From: an uncultured delta proteobacterium
GTDB taxonomy: Bacteria; Desulfobacterota; Binatia; UBA9968
Reading direction: 5' to 3'
Assembly (NCBI GenBank): GCA_963760795.1
Contig: CAVXEP010000022.1
Span: 96,001-160,000, forward strand
DNA: 64,000 nucleotides
Shown: one piece after another, positions 40,898 to 54,765 of the stretch
Layout: the number at the start of each line of letters is the position of its first letter
How positions within the stretch are numbered: the first letter of the stretch is position 1
The notes under the pieces: model-generated
What the model was told of the DNA's origin: nothing
Database searches by the model: none
What the model saw: only the letters and a program-made list of their open reading frames with translations
Program-made: the position numbers and the translations under genes

Positions 40898-43108
40898 TTA
40901 CGAATGTACCGCTCGTTTAGCAACCTCCGAAGCGGGGAACTCAATGCTAAAGCGAGTCCCCCTGGGTTCGTTGGGCAATGCCCGAATATAGCCGCGATGA
41001 TCCTCGATGATTTGACTGACGATGGTCAGGCCCAGGCCAGTGCCGTTTTCCTTGGTGGAAAAATACGGTTCGAATATTTTCGAGCGCGTCTCCGGCGCCA
41101 AACCGCTGCCGTTATCGGCCACTTCCAACGTCACCACGTCCCGCCCACGATTGTAAACGGTCGATAACTTGATCTCACCGTCATCTTGCACCGCCGCCAC
41201 CGCGTTGTCGAGCAGATTGATCAGCACTCGCTTGATCTGGTCGCGGTCCAAATCTAACGCCGGAATCACCCCGGAGCTAAAATGAAATTGTATACCTTTG
41301 TGCCCTTCATTGAAAAGAAACAGCGACTCGCTGACGATCTCATTGAGATCCTGGGTCACTAGCTTAGCCGACGGCAGCCGCGCGAATTGGGAAAACTCAT
41401 TGACCAGGCTTTTCAGCTCTTCGACCTGCTGAATGATCGTCGTCGTGCATTTATCCAAAATACCGCCGTCGCCGCCGAGCATGCTGGCGTAGCGCTTGCG
41501 CAGCCGCTCGGCCGACAGTTGGATCGGCGTTAGCGGATTTTTGATCTCATGGGCGATGCGCCGCGCCACTTCGCGCCAGGCTTCCATGCGCTGCACTTTC
41601 TGAATTTGCGTAATGTCTTCGAGAAAAACCATGACCCCCAACGCCGAACCGTCGTCGTCGCGCAGGGTCGCCGCCGTCACCACCGCCGTCAGTTGTTGAT
41701 CGATCAGCGGGATCTTGATATCGCGCTCGATCTTCTCCAAGTCCTTGACGCTGTCGATGATCTCGGCCACCACCCGCAGCGGCTCCGACTGTAAAACATC
41801 GCGGTAGTTTTTCGCCAAGGCCTGCTCGGCTTTAACTCCGAGCATCTGCTCGGCCGCCTTGTTCCAAGTGGTGATATTTCCCGCCGGGTCCACCGACACG
41901 ACTCCGGCGGCGATGTTGGCGAGCAGGGTTTGCACCACCTTGCCGCGCCGTTCCAGTTCCAAGGTGATCTGCTTCAGGTCGCCGGTCATCTGATTGAACG
42001 ACTGGACTAAGACGCCGATCTCATCATCGCCGCTGGCCTCAATCTTATAATCCCAATTCCCCTGGGCGACTTCATGGGTACCCTCGGCGAGCTGCTGAAT
42101 CGGCACGGTGATGCCCTTGGAAAGATAAAATCCCCACCAAGTGGCCGAAAACATGATCACCAAGGTGATCAGAAACAGCGTCAAGATGTAACTGTTCTTA
42201 ACCGGCGCCTTGAGAAAGGTTAAATATTTGTACTGCTCGTAGGACTGCGAGATTTGCGCCGCCCGTTTGGTCAGACTCTTGGGCACATGATAGTCGACCA
42301 CGGCGACGCCGACGATGCGCTTTTCCGCGCCGAAGATCGGCGCGCCGCCGCGGATCACGTCGCCTTCGCCCAACGGCTGGGTCCAAGTCACGCCGATGCC
42401 GCGCAACGCCCGCGCCAAAAACTCATCGTCGGGTTTTAAATCCACAGCGTTTTTCGACTTGTCGCTCACCGCGACGATCGCCTCGCTCTGCGCCGAATAG
42501 ATCTCCACCGTGCCGAGGTTATACTCGCGCTGTTTGTCCTCGACGAGCCGGCGCAACTCAGCCCGCCGCGCGTTCTCAAAAAGTTTCTGCTCGGTGATTT
42601 TCTCACTCAACCGGCGGGCAAAAAACATCGCGTTGTTGGCGGAATTTTGATAATAGGTCTGGCCGATTTCCAAAGACCCCTGAAGAGCGCTTTCCACCTT
42701 GGAATCGAACCAGCGGTCGAAGGAATGGGTCAACAAGCCGCCGGCGATAGCGAACAACAACAGGCTCGGCACGATCGACAGCGCGACAAAAGCCAAGACC
42801 AGGCGCGACTGCAAGCGTGAGCCAAGCAAGCGGCGACGGCGCTCAAAGACCAGCTTGACCAGATTGCGCACGACCAGAAAAACCAACAGCACCAGCAGAA
42901 TGATGTTGATATTGATGATGAAGAAAAACACGATGTTGCTGCCGAGGGAATTCTCCAGCGAGATGTCCGGTGATTGCACTTCGAAAAAGATCAACGCCGC
43001 CACCATCAGCGCCGCCACCGCGATGACGATGCCCTCGCGCTTGCGCCGTTTGGCCTCTTCGGCTTTAATGCTGTCTTGGCGACTATGAGTTGGGTTTAGG
43101 GATTCCAT
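40898..43108 (-). CDS. NtrY-like membrane sensor histidine kinase (HAMP, PAS, HisKA, HATPase)
   Basis: Multiple N-terminal TM segments, AWREVARRIAHEIKNPLTPIQLSAERL, NLLDNA, DNGSG, GTGLGL. Confidence 0.92.
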   Translation of the reverse strand: MESLNPTHSRQDSIKAEEAKRRKREGIVIAVAALMVAALIFFEVQSPDISLENSLGSNIVFFFIININIILLVLLVFLVVRNLVKLVFERRRRLLGSRLQSRLVLAFVALSIVPSLLLFAIAGGLLTHSFDRWFDSKVESALQGSLEIGQTYYQNSANNAMFFARRLSEKITEQKLFENARRAELRRLVEDKQREYNLGTVEIYSAQSEAIVAVSDKSKNAVDLKPDDEFLARALRGIGVTWTQPLGEGDVIRGGAPIFGAEKRIVGVAVVDYHVPKSLTKRAAQISQSYEQYKYLTFLKAPVKNSYILTLFLITLVIMFSATWWGFYLSKGITVPIQQLAEGTHEVAQGNWDYKIEASGDDEIGVLVQSFNQMTGDLKQITLELERRGKVVQTLLANIAAGVVSVDPAGNITTWNKAAEQMLGVKAEQALAKNYRDVLQSEPLRVVAEIIDSVKDLEKIERDIKIPLIDQQLTAVVTAATLRDDDGSALGVMVFLEDITQIQKVQRMEAWREVARRIAHEIKNPLTPIQLSAERLRKRYASMLGGDGGILDKCTTTIIQQVEELKSLVNEFSQFARLPSAKLVTQDLNEIVSESLFLFNEGHKGIQFHFSSGVIPALDLDRDQIKRVLINLLDNAVAAVQDDGEIKLSTVYNRGRDVVTLEVADNGSGLAPETRSKIFEPYFSTKENGTGLGLTIVSQIIEDHRGYIRALPNEPRGTRFSIEFPASEVAKRAVHS

Positions 43109-43147
43109 CGGCGCGGCCGAGCTAACGGCGAGAAAACTGGCAAATTT

Positions 43148-43360
43148 TTAACGTTTGAGCAAGTAAACCACAAGCGAAATCACGATACTGACGACAATGC
43201 AGGTGGTCAGCGGGAAATGGAAACTAAAGCGTTCCCGCTGGATATGGATATCGCCCGGCAGGTGGCCAAGCCATGGCAACCGGTCGGAAACCGACACCAG
43301 CACACCGGCGATAACGATGACGATGCCAAGATATATGAGAGTCTTGCCTAACCCGGCCAT
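43148..43360 (-). CDS. DUF2905 small membrane protein
   Basis: LGHLPGDI, FHFPLTTCI. Confidence 0.9.
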   Translation of the reverse strand: MAGLGKTLIYLGIVIVIAGVLVSVSDRLPWLGHLPGDIHIQRERFSFHFPLTTCIVVSIVISLVVYLLKR

Positions 43361-43393
43361 AATTCAGATCTCAAATCGCACCGTCAGTTAATC

Positions 43394-44422
43394 TCATTCA
43401 AACAAATCCGGCTGGCCTTTGCCGGTGGCGGGCTTGGCCGCGCCCGGTTGCCGGCCAAAATGTTCGTAAGCCAGCACGGTAGCCACCCGGCCGCGCGGTG
43501 TCCGTTGAATGAATCCGGCTTGGATCAAAAATGGCTCGTAGACATCCTCGATGGTATCCTTCTCTTCGCCGATGGCAGCAGCCAAAGTCTCCACGCCCAC
43601 CGGCCCACCGGCAAACTTGTCGATCATCGCCAGCAGCAACATGGTATCCATCTTATCGAGGCCCAGGCGATCGACCTCGAGCATTCTGAGCGCCTCCACC
43701 GTCACCGCTTTAGTGATCTTACCGTCGCTTTTCACCTGGGCGTAGTCGCGCACCCGGCGCAGCAAGCGGTTGGCGATACGCGGCGTGCCGCGCGAGCGGC
43801 TGGCGATCTCGGTGATGCCGTCTTGATCTTGCTCGACGCTGAGAATCGCCGCCGAGCGCTTGAGAATGCGCGCCAGCGATCCCGCATCGTAAAAATCCAG
43901 ACGGAAACTCTGGCCGAAGCGGTCGCGCAGTGGCGAAGTAATCAAGCCCGAGCGCGTGGTTGCGCCGATCAAAGTGAATTTTTTAAGCGGCAACTTGATC
44001 GACTTGGCCGCCGGGCCCTGGCCGACCATGATGTCGATCTCGTAGTCTTCCATGGCCGGATACAGAACCTCTTCGACCACATGGTTGAGGCGGTGAATTT
44101 CGTCGATAAACAAGACGTCGCCATGGTCGAGGTTGGTCAAAAGCGCCGCCAGATCGCCGGCGCGCTCGATGATCGGCCCCGAGGTGGCCTTGATGTTGAC
44201 GCCCATCTCGCGGGCGATGATATAGGCGATGGAAGTTTTGCCCAGCCCCGGAGGGCCATGGAAAAGAATATGATCGAGGACATCACCGCGCGCCTGCGCC
44301 GCGGCGATGGCGACTTTGAGATTTTCTTTGACCCGTTCTTGGCCGACGTACTCGTCAAAGCCGCGCGGCCGCAAGCTCAGCTCGAATCCGGAATCGTCGT
44401 CGGTGCGATGGCCGTCCAACAT
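43394..44422 (-). CDS. ruvB: Holliday junction branch migration helicase RuvB
   Basis: [31 protein letters not shown]. Confidence 0.97.
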   Translation of the reverse strand: MLDGHRTDDDSGFELSLRPRGFDEYVGQERVKENLKVAIAAAQARGDVLDHILFHGPPGLGKTSIAYIIAREMGVNIKATSGPIIERAGDLAALLTNLDHGDVLFIDEIHRLNHVVEEVLYPAMEDYEIDIMVGQGPAAKSIKLPLKKFTLIGATTRSGLITSPLRDRFGQSFRLDFYDAGSLARILKRSAAILSVEQDQDGITEIASRSRGTPRIANRLLRRVRDYAQVKSDGKITKAVTVEALRMLEVDRLGLDKMDTMLLLAMIDKFAGGPVGVETLAAAIGEEKDTIEDVYEPFLIQAGFIQRTPRGRVATVLAYEHFGRQPGAAKPATGKGQPDLFE

Positions 44423-44585
44423 GGTCAGTGTGCGCTCGTTCTACAAACCCGGAGGGCGGGTCCCGGCCCTACATTCGGATGCGAATTTCATGTGCTCTTT
44501 GCGTTCCTTGCGGCCAATCTTGCGGATCCAAATCATCCACTCTGTGAACTCTGCGTCCTCTGTGGCGAAACTTATTCTCCTCTTT

Positions 44586-45182
44586 TTAGTGCCCCATCCG
44601 CTGCAAGGTCTCGCGCAGGACATCTTCCAGCGATAGCGAGTCGTTCTTGAGCACATCGCGGACAGTTTTTTCAATCTCCGGTTTTTTATATCCTAGATTG
44701 ATCAAGGCCGAAACCGCGTCCAGCATCTTTTGCGAAGACGCTTCGGGTTTCGCCGTGCTATCAAGGGTCGCCGGGGTGAACGTCAAGAACTTATCCTTCA
44801 ACTCGACAATCATGCGCTCAGCCAGCTTCTTGCCCACTCCGGGGATCGACACCAAACGCACCTGGTCACCATTGCGCAACGCCCGCGCCAATTCCTCAGC
44901 CGGGATGCCCGATAAGATATTGAGCGCGAGCTTGGGGCCGATACCCGACACACCCATGAGCAGCAGAAACACCTGCTTCTCGGCGAGATCGTGAAAGCCG
45001 AACAACTGCAGCGCGTCTTCGCGCACATGGGTATGAATCTGCAAACTCATCGGCGCGCCGAGATCCGGCAAGCGGTAAAAAACATTGAGCGGGATGAAAA
45101 CCAGATAGCCGACACCGCCAACATCGATGACCACTTCGCCGGGCTGCTTTTGCGCGAGTTTGCCGCTGATTTGCGCGATCAC
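44586..45182 (-). CDS. ruvA: Holliday junction binding protein RuvA
   Basis: GVGY, HVRED, VSGIGPK, PGVGKKLAER. Confidence 0.97.
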   Translation of the reverse strand: MIAQISGKLAQKQPGEVVIDVGGVGYLVFIPLNVFYRLPDLGAPMSLQIHTHVREDALQLFGFHDLAEKQVFLLLMGVSGIGPKLALNILSGIPAEELARALRNGDQVRLVSIPGVGKKLAERMIVELKDKFLTFTPATLDSTAKPEASSQKMLDAVSALINLGYKKPEIEKTVRDVLKNDSLSLEDVLRETLQRMGH

Positions 45183-45224
45183 GTCAAGCCCACGGGTAGG
45201 GTTAACGAATTGTCCATCGGCCGT

Positions 45225-45795
45225 TCAACGAACGCGACCACCCCGCGGCCGCAGGGGCGTCGGCATTTTCGTCATCACCTCGGCAACCCGGCTGGTGAAC
45301 GCTTGCCGGTTGAGATGGCAGATCGCGGCGGCAAGAGCGTCCGCGGCATCCGCCGGCACCGGTCCCGATACTTTCAATATGGATCCGATCATCATTTGCA
45401 CTTGCTGCTTGGTGGCGTGGCCATAGCCCACCACCGCCGATTTTATCTCCACCGCGCTATACTCGTGAACCTCGACATCTTGCTCAGCCGCCGCCAGCAG
45501 CGCGACGCCGCGCACCTGGCCGAGTTTCAAGGCGCTTTGGACATTTTGCGCAAAGAAAACTTTTTCCAGGCTGACGCCGTCCGGGTGAAACTCGCGCACG
45601 ACATTTCGCCAGTTCGGTGTAGATCCGGCGCAGGCGGCGCGCTTGGGGCTCGGCGCTTGAGGAATTTATAGTGCCATGGCCCATATGGCGCAGCGCGTTG
45701 CCGATAACCTGGACAACCCCCCAGCCGGTCGCCATGGTTCCCGGATCGATGCCCAGGATGATGCGCGGCAGTGGTTTGTTGCCGGGGTCCGCCAC
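45225..45795 (-). CDS. ruvC: Crossover junction endonuclease RuvC; frameshift near 45603
   Basis: ILGIDPG in ORF 45484-45795; EKVFF, LGQVRG, DAADALA in ORF 45225-45599. Confidence 0.92.
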
Positions 45796-45800
45796 TGCGG

Positions 45801-46547
45801 CTAGCTCACCTTGTCCATCAGCTCATCGGGGATGTGAAAGTTGGCCGCGACATTTTGCACGTCGTCATGATCTTCCAGTTCTTCGCTGAGTTTTAAGACT
45901 TGCTCGACATTTTTGGCGTCGACGTCGACGGTATTCTTGGGCACCAGGCTAACCTGAGCGCTGGCGATGGTGATTTTTTCCTGGTCCAGCCGTTCTTTGA
46001 CTTTTTCGAAATCCTCGGGCGGGGCGATCACCTCGAAGACCTCGCCCTCGTCGCGGACATCTTCGGCGCCGGCATCGAGAGCGATATCCATCAAGCGGTC
46101 CTCGTCGATCTGCGTCTTGTCGACGGTGAGGATGCCCTTCTTATCGAACATCCAGCCGACGCAGCCGGTCTCACCCATGTTGCCGCCATGCTTGGAAAAC
46201 ATCCGGCGGATCTCCGACACCGTGCGATTCTTGTTGTCGGTCAACACCTGGGCGATGATCGCCACGCCGCCCGGACCATATCCTTCGTATTGAATCTCTT
46301 CGTAGGTAACGCCTTCGAGCTCGCCGGTGCCTTTTTTGATCGCGCGCTCGATATTATCACTCGGCATACTGCTGCCGCGGGCGGTGAGTACCGCCGTGCG
46401 CAGACGCGGATTGGCATTGATATCGCCGCCGCCCATGCGTGCCGCCACGGTGATTTCCTTAATCAGCTTGGTAAAAATTTTGCCGCGCTTGGCATCCTTG
46501 GCGGCTTTCTTATGCTTGATCGTGCTCCATTTAGAATGGCCGGACAT
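45801..46547 (-). CDS. yebC: YebC/PmpR-family protein
   Basis: [28 protein letters not shown]. Confidence 0.97.
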   Translation of the reverse strand: MSGHSKWSTIKHKKAAKDAKRGKIFTKLIKEITVAARMGGGDINANPRLRTAVLTARGSSMPSDNIERAIKKGTGELEGVTYEEIQYEGYGPGGVAIIAQVLTDNKNRTVSEIRRMFSKHGGNMGETGCVGWMFDKKGILTVDKTQIDEDRLMDIALDAGAEDVRDEGEVFEVIAPPEDFEKVKERLDQEKITIASAQVSLVPKNTVDVDAKNVEQVLKLSEELEDHDDVQNVAANFHIPDELMDKVS

Positions 46548-46700
46548 ACTTCAATCACTCCCTAGTAAGGTGCCGACAAGCTAACACAAAGCCTGGACCG
46601 GGTAAACTAGTCCAAGACCACACGATGCGGTGCGACGAACGGGTTAAATCTGCGCCGCGATACTTTTTTCCAATCGGCTTTGCTGTATAATTAGCAAACG

Positions 46701-47357
46701 ATGAACCTGACCCAGCGCTTTTTGGTAATCGCCTCATTGCTAGTCAGCGCCTGTTCGCTACCGCCGTCGCGGGTTCGCGTTCCAGTGCCGCCGGCTGCCG
46801 ATTCGCGCGTCAGCCAAACCGGCATCGCTTCATGGTACGGCCCCGGCTTTCACGGCAAGGCCACCGCCAGCGGCGAGATTTATAATCAAAACGACATGAC
46901 CGCAGCGCACCAGACCTTGCCCTTGGGCTCCAAGGTGATGGTCACCAACATGGAAAACGGCCGCAGCGCCGAAGTGTTGGTCAACGATCGCGGACCGTTC
47001 GCCAAAGGAAGAATCATCGATCTTTCCTACGCCGCCGCCCAGTCGGTAGACATACTAGGACCTGGGACCGCGCTCGTGCGCGTCGACGTACTCGACAGCC
47101 CGGTGCCGCTGCGGTCGATGCCCTCGGCCCTCGATTACACGCTGCAATTGGGTTCCTTCTCCCAGTTGGAAAATGCCCAGCGGTTGCGCGACCGCATCGT
47201 CAAGAGTTTCGACAGCGTCATGATCACGCCGTTGCAATCGAAGGACATCACCTACTACCGGGTTCATCTGGGCAACTTCTCCAATCGGACTGCCGCCGAA
47301 GACATGGCCAAGCGATTGAGCCAAGCCGGCTACTCGGTGATCATCAGAGAGAAATAG
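46701..47357 (+). CDS. rlpA: RlpA-family lipoprotein lytic transglycosylase with SPOR domain
   Basis: VSAC lipobox, GIASWYG, TAAH, VNDRGPF, IDLS; QLGSF SPOR motif. Confidence 0.92.
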   Translation: MNLTQRFLVIASLLVSACSLPPSRVRVPVPPAADSRVSQTGIASWYGPGFHGKATASGEIYNQNDMTAAHQTLPLGSKVMVTNMENGRSAEVLVNDRGPFAKGRIIDLSYAAAQSVDILGPGTALVRVDVLDSPVPLRSMPSALDYTLQLGSFSQLENAQRLRDRIVKSFDSVMITPLQSKDITYYRVHLGNFSNRTAAEDMAKRLSQAGYSVIIREK

Positions 47358-47504
47358 GTGAATGGCACCAGTTCCGCTGGGTCGTTGCCGCGCATGAGCC
47401 ATGTCCTGCTGTTATTCGGACGCCACCGCCGAGGCAGCATGGCAAGATTTAGAAGTTGACACCGCGCCGGAGGGTTGGCGTTTCGATTCTGCCCGCGGCC
47501 CGGC

Positions 47505-48422
47505 TCAATTGTCGCTGCGCAAAAAAAATCGGCCCGCTTCTTTTTTGACCTTGCCGTCGCGCTCGAGCTTTTCCAGATGCGCCTGCACGGAAAACTCAGC
47601 GACCCGTTTGAGCGCCGCCGAAACATCGACGTAGATCGATTCGGTGATATCGCCGATGGTGTTGCGATTGGCGCGCAACGCCGCGATTACCTGCTGCTCG
47701 CGCCCCAACCGGTGCTTGATGTACTCGCGCACCTTGGCTTCCGGTTTGCCGATCAGCGGACCGTGGCCCGGCAGGATCACGCTCATCTCGAAGCCAAGCA
47801 AACGCTCCAGCGTCCGCATGTAATCGCTCATGTTGCCGTCCGGCGGATGGATCACCGCGGTGCCATAGCCGAGGATATTATCGCCGCTGAACAAGACCTT
47901 ATCGCCGCCTTCGTAAAAGCAACAGTGGCCCGACTCATGGCCCGGCGTGTGCAACACGCGTAACTCGCCGCCGCCGAAGTCGATCTGGTCATTGTCGTCG
48001 TATTGAAAATCTTCACCGCCGAGATAGCCCTTGCGCGAGCGATGGATGCCGAGTTTGGCGCCGCAGCGCTTGCGTAGCGCCAAGGCGCCGCCGGTGTGAT
48101 CGCTGTGAATATGCGTGAGCAAAATCTTATCGATTTTTTTCACGCCCATGGCCTCGGCCTGCTCGATGATGCCGTCCATGTTCGAGTCGGCGCTGAGCGC
48201 GACGTCGATGACCAAGCCCGACTCCTTGCCGACGATATACTGATTAGTCCCCTGCAAGGTCATGAGTCCGGGATTATTGGCGGTGAATTTACCGATAAAG
48301 TCAGGCGTAGCCATAGGATTTCCTTCCGCGGCAAGCGCGCCGCTGCGCAGAAACGAATGGGCAAAAAAAAGCGCCAGCGAGGTTTTCCCTAATGTCGCCA
48401 GCGCTTCTCTTCGTGTAATCAC
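47505..48422 (-). CDS. Metallo-beta-lactamase-fold hydrolase (LACTB2-like), possible Tat signal
   Basis: THIHSDH, TPGH, SGD, PGHG; TRREAL at the N-terminus. Confidence 0.88.
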   Translation of the reverse strand: MITRREALATLGKTSLALFFAHSFLRSGALAAEGNPMATPDFIGKFTANNPGLMTLQGTNQYIVGKESGLVIDVALSADSNMDGIIEQAEAMGVKKIDKILLTHIHSDHTGGALALRKRCGAKLGIHRSRKGYLGGEDFQYDDNDQIDFGGGELRVLHTPGHESGHCCFYEGGDKVLFSGDNILGYGTAVIHPPDGNMSDYMRTLERLLGFEMSVILPGHGPLIGKPEAKVREYIKHRLGREQQVIAALRANRNTIGDITESIYVDVSAALKRVAEFSVQAHLEKLERDGKVKKEAGRFFLRSDN

Positions 48423-48542
48423 GAATGTTGTCTAATTTGCAAGCTATATTCTTACCACGAAGGACACGAAGAGCACGAAGTTCGGATTTTTTATTCACCG
48501 AACCCTACGTTTCCTTTGTGCCTTCCTGGTGAATACTTCCGA

Positions 48543-51236
<2,694 letters not shown>

Positions 51237-51420
51237 GAGCGCTCCTTAAGTAAAGACTGGTAGGCCTTATTTTGTAGCGAGCGTCACGGGATAAAGCAAC
51301 AGGGAGGGTGACGGGTTATTCGGGGTCCGGGTGGAAGATCGATGATGGAGGATCGAGGATAGCGTGTCGATCCTTGATCCTCGACTCAAAACACCCGAAT
51401 ACGCCGAACGGAAGCAATGT

Positions 51421-54271
51421 CTACGCATGCTTAATCTGCCGCCGCGCCGCCACCGCATCCATGATCGCTTGGCTGACATCTTCGACGGCGCGTTCTTTGG
51501 GGAGGCAGGTCACCGCCCCGGACGCTTGCATCGCCCGGACCACATAGTCCTCGGTGCCGAAGGATATCCCGATGACGATGGTCGATGGCCGGTCATGCAT
51601 GACTTTTTCGGTCGCCTCGATACCATTCATGTTCGGCATATTGACGTCCATGATCACGACCTGCGGTTCGAGCAGCCGCGCCAGGGCCAGCGCTTCCGCC
51701 CCGTCGCTTGCCTCGCCGACGACAGTGAAGGCGTCGTGCTCTTCCAACACTCGGCGCAACCCCTGGCGGAGCATTTTGTGATCGTCGACGATCAGAATCT
51801 TGATCGCCTGCTCGATAACCGGCGCCGTCGCGCTCGGCAACAAAATCGGCTCAACCATTTTGGCCGAGGCCACCGCCTTTCGATCCATCGGCAAAACGAT
51901 CAACACCCCAGTTCCCGCTCCCGGAGTAGAATTGATTTCGACAGCTCCGCCGCGCAGTTCCACCCGCTCGTGAATGCTGAACAAGCCGAAATGGCTGCGG
52001 CCGTCGCCGTTGGCGCGCACGGTTTGCGCGTCAAACCCTTTGCCGTCGTCGGTCACCGCGAGAGACACGCGATCGCCGTCGCGTCCATAAGCTAGCGTCG
52101 CGCGGTCAGTGAAGCCATGCTTGACGACGTTCCACAGCAGTTCGCGAGCGCACTGGAACAGGAACACCGCGTCATCCTGCGCCAGCGAGAAGCCATCGGC
52201 CGGTCCGTCGACCTCGACGCGCAAGCCATGCCGGGCCATTTGCTCGCCGAGCCAGCGGAACGCCGCCGGCAAGCCCAGATCGTAGAGCACCGGCGGACTC
52301 AACTCGGCGATCAGCGAGCGCGTGTACTTGATCGAATCGTCGACCGTTTTATCGAGGTTGCCCAAGATTTCCTTAAACGAAGCGCCATGGGCCTGGTCGC
52401 CCAGCAGTTCGCGCACGCGCCACAGGTACAGGTTGACCACCGCCAACGACTGCGCCAAGGTATCGTGCAGATCCACCGCCAGGCGGCGCCGCTCGCGCTC
52501 CTCGGTCATGGTCAATTCGGCGACCAGCGCGCGCAGTCGGGCACGCGACTCGGCGAGTTCTTGCGTGCGCTGCGCGACGCGCCGGTCGAGTTGCTCGTTC
52601 AAATTTCGCAGCGCTTCCTCCGCCGCTTTGCGCTGCGTGATATCGAAATTGATACCGGCAATGTGGGTTGGCGTGCCGTTACGATCGCGCCGCAAGCCGC
52701 CATAGCCACTCAACCAAATCATCATGCCATCGGGGCGCAAAAAGCGGTATTCACACTTGTAGTCCTGGCCGTCGCTGCTCGGATCTGCTAATCGCTTCTT
52801 TCAAGATGGGCAGATCCGCGGGATGAACATGGGCAAGAAACAAGTCAAGGTTGATGGCCCGGTCCTTGGCGATTCCGAATATTTCGAAATCCCGGTCGTC
52901 CCAAGTCATTTCTCCGCTGCGCAAATCCCGCTCCCAAGTGCCCATATGGCCGACCGCCAGCGCATGTTGAAGCCGCTCCTCGCTGGCACGCAGAGCTTCT
53001 TCGGCGCGCATCCGCTCGGTAATATCGAGCACCGCGCCGAGGGTACGCACAGGCTTGCGAGCATCCCCAGTGCCGTCGAAAAAGGTTTGCGCCCGATTCA
53101 AGATCCAGCCGATGCTGCCGTCGCGCCGAACCACGCGGCACTCATATAACAAGCGCCCGTCGCCGGCTGGGTCACGAGCCCGCCGCCTTGCCAGGTTGAC
53201 GATTTCCCTATCGTCAGGGTGGATTTGCGATAAAAAATCGCCGACGCGCTCCTGCCGATCTCCGGGCAAGTCGATTATTTTTCTTAAAGTCGTCGAGAAA
53301 TACACCCCGTCCGCCACATGATCGCGCTCGAAAATGCCAATGTCGGCGACATCGACGGTGTGGCGCAACAGGGCCTCCGTCTTCGTCAACGATGCGACCG
53401 CCTGCGCCAACTCCGCCGTCCGTTCCTCGACGCGCCGCTCAAGCTCAGCGTGCGCTTGGCGCAACGCGTCTTCGGTGCGCTTGCGATCGTTGATGTCCTG
53501 GATGACGCTGATGAAATGGCTCGGGGTACCAGACGCGTCGCAATGCAGCGAGGCCGTCAGATTCACCCAAACAAGCTCTCGATCTTTGCGGATATAACGC
53601 TTCTCCATCGAGAACGTGGTGATCTCGCCGGCCATGAGTTGCGTCCTTAATGCCAAGTTCAGTTGGAGATCATCCGGGTGGGTAAGGTCTTGGGCCGCAA
53701 GCGATCGCATCTCCTCGGCGGAGTATCCGGTAATGTCGCACACCTTCTGATTCATCCGTAACCAACGGCCGTCTAATCCCACATGCGATATGCCGACCGA
53801 GGCTTGTTCGAACGTCACCCGATAAAGTTGCTCGCTCGCGCGCAGCGCGTCTTCGGCGCGCGTTCGATCGCCGATGTCGTGGAAGACGCTGAAAGAATGT
53901 CTCGGCGCGCCGGACTCGCCTTCGAGACGGCGGCGAGTATTGTGCAGCGCCGCGGACATCGCGCTGATCGATACTCCGACCAGGGCAAACAACCCGAGAG
54001 TGAGCAGATTGGCGGTTTCAGCTAATGCAGGTAAACCGCCCGGCTCAAAGATCGCGAAGGCAGCTAGAATCAAGCTCAGAGCGGTGGCCAACAGGCCGGG
54101 CCCAATCCCGCCGTTCAAAGCGCTCAACGTGATGGCCAAGGTAAACAGCAACACCCGGTCGCGCTCGCCAAGCAATGGCTGTAAGCCCGCTCCAGCCTCA
54201 TAAATCAATCCGGTCATGACGATCGCTACCAGATAGCGCCAGCGGTGCAGTTTGGTCAGCGCGGTTATCAT
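51421..54271 (-). CDS. Hybrid sensor kinase: TM (DUF4118-like), PAS x3, HisKA_3, HATPase, REC; frameshift near 52760
   Basis: HPDD PAS motifs, RLAVDLHDTLAQ, DDGKGFD, IVDDH...MDVNMP. Confidence 0.85.
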
Positions 54272-54765
54272 GTGAAATCTCCGTGATCTTGGCGGCGAAA
54301 TTTTTTAGCGCTAGCTATTTATTACTTCGCCAGCTCCATATCCAGGTAAGATGACTTCTCGCATGATCGGATAGCCAAGCGGGCGGGTTTCAAACCCGTA
54401 CCGACATTTTAGAAATCCTATTGCGCCCTGGTTGCCATAGCTGAAAGTTTGCGCGGCTCCGGCGCAAAATTTCGGGTGATCTGGAATTCTCGACGTGAAG
54501 AATTGACTGCCACCAACCATGTCCTGAGCGAAGGACGAAGAGGCGTAAAGTTCGCCAAGTTCGGAATCGTTGTCATTTCGACCACTCGGCGAACTCAGGG
54601 CAAATTGGTATAAAATCCCGTGCATCGCTCGCACCGGCCTTGGTCCGTTACCCTTGCGGCCTTAGCGCCGTCGCAGGCGACTTGCCGAGTTTCGGTTGCG
54701 GCTACGCCGCGCTGCGTTCTTCGCGGTAAAAACTCTATCGCATGCGAAACCGGAGCAACACCAAC

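Noticed and set aside
54311-54634. 107-aa ORF sharing GRNDNxSELG with ORF 38678-39295
   Set aside because: The shared peptide comes from the dispersed DNA repeat, not from a protein family
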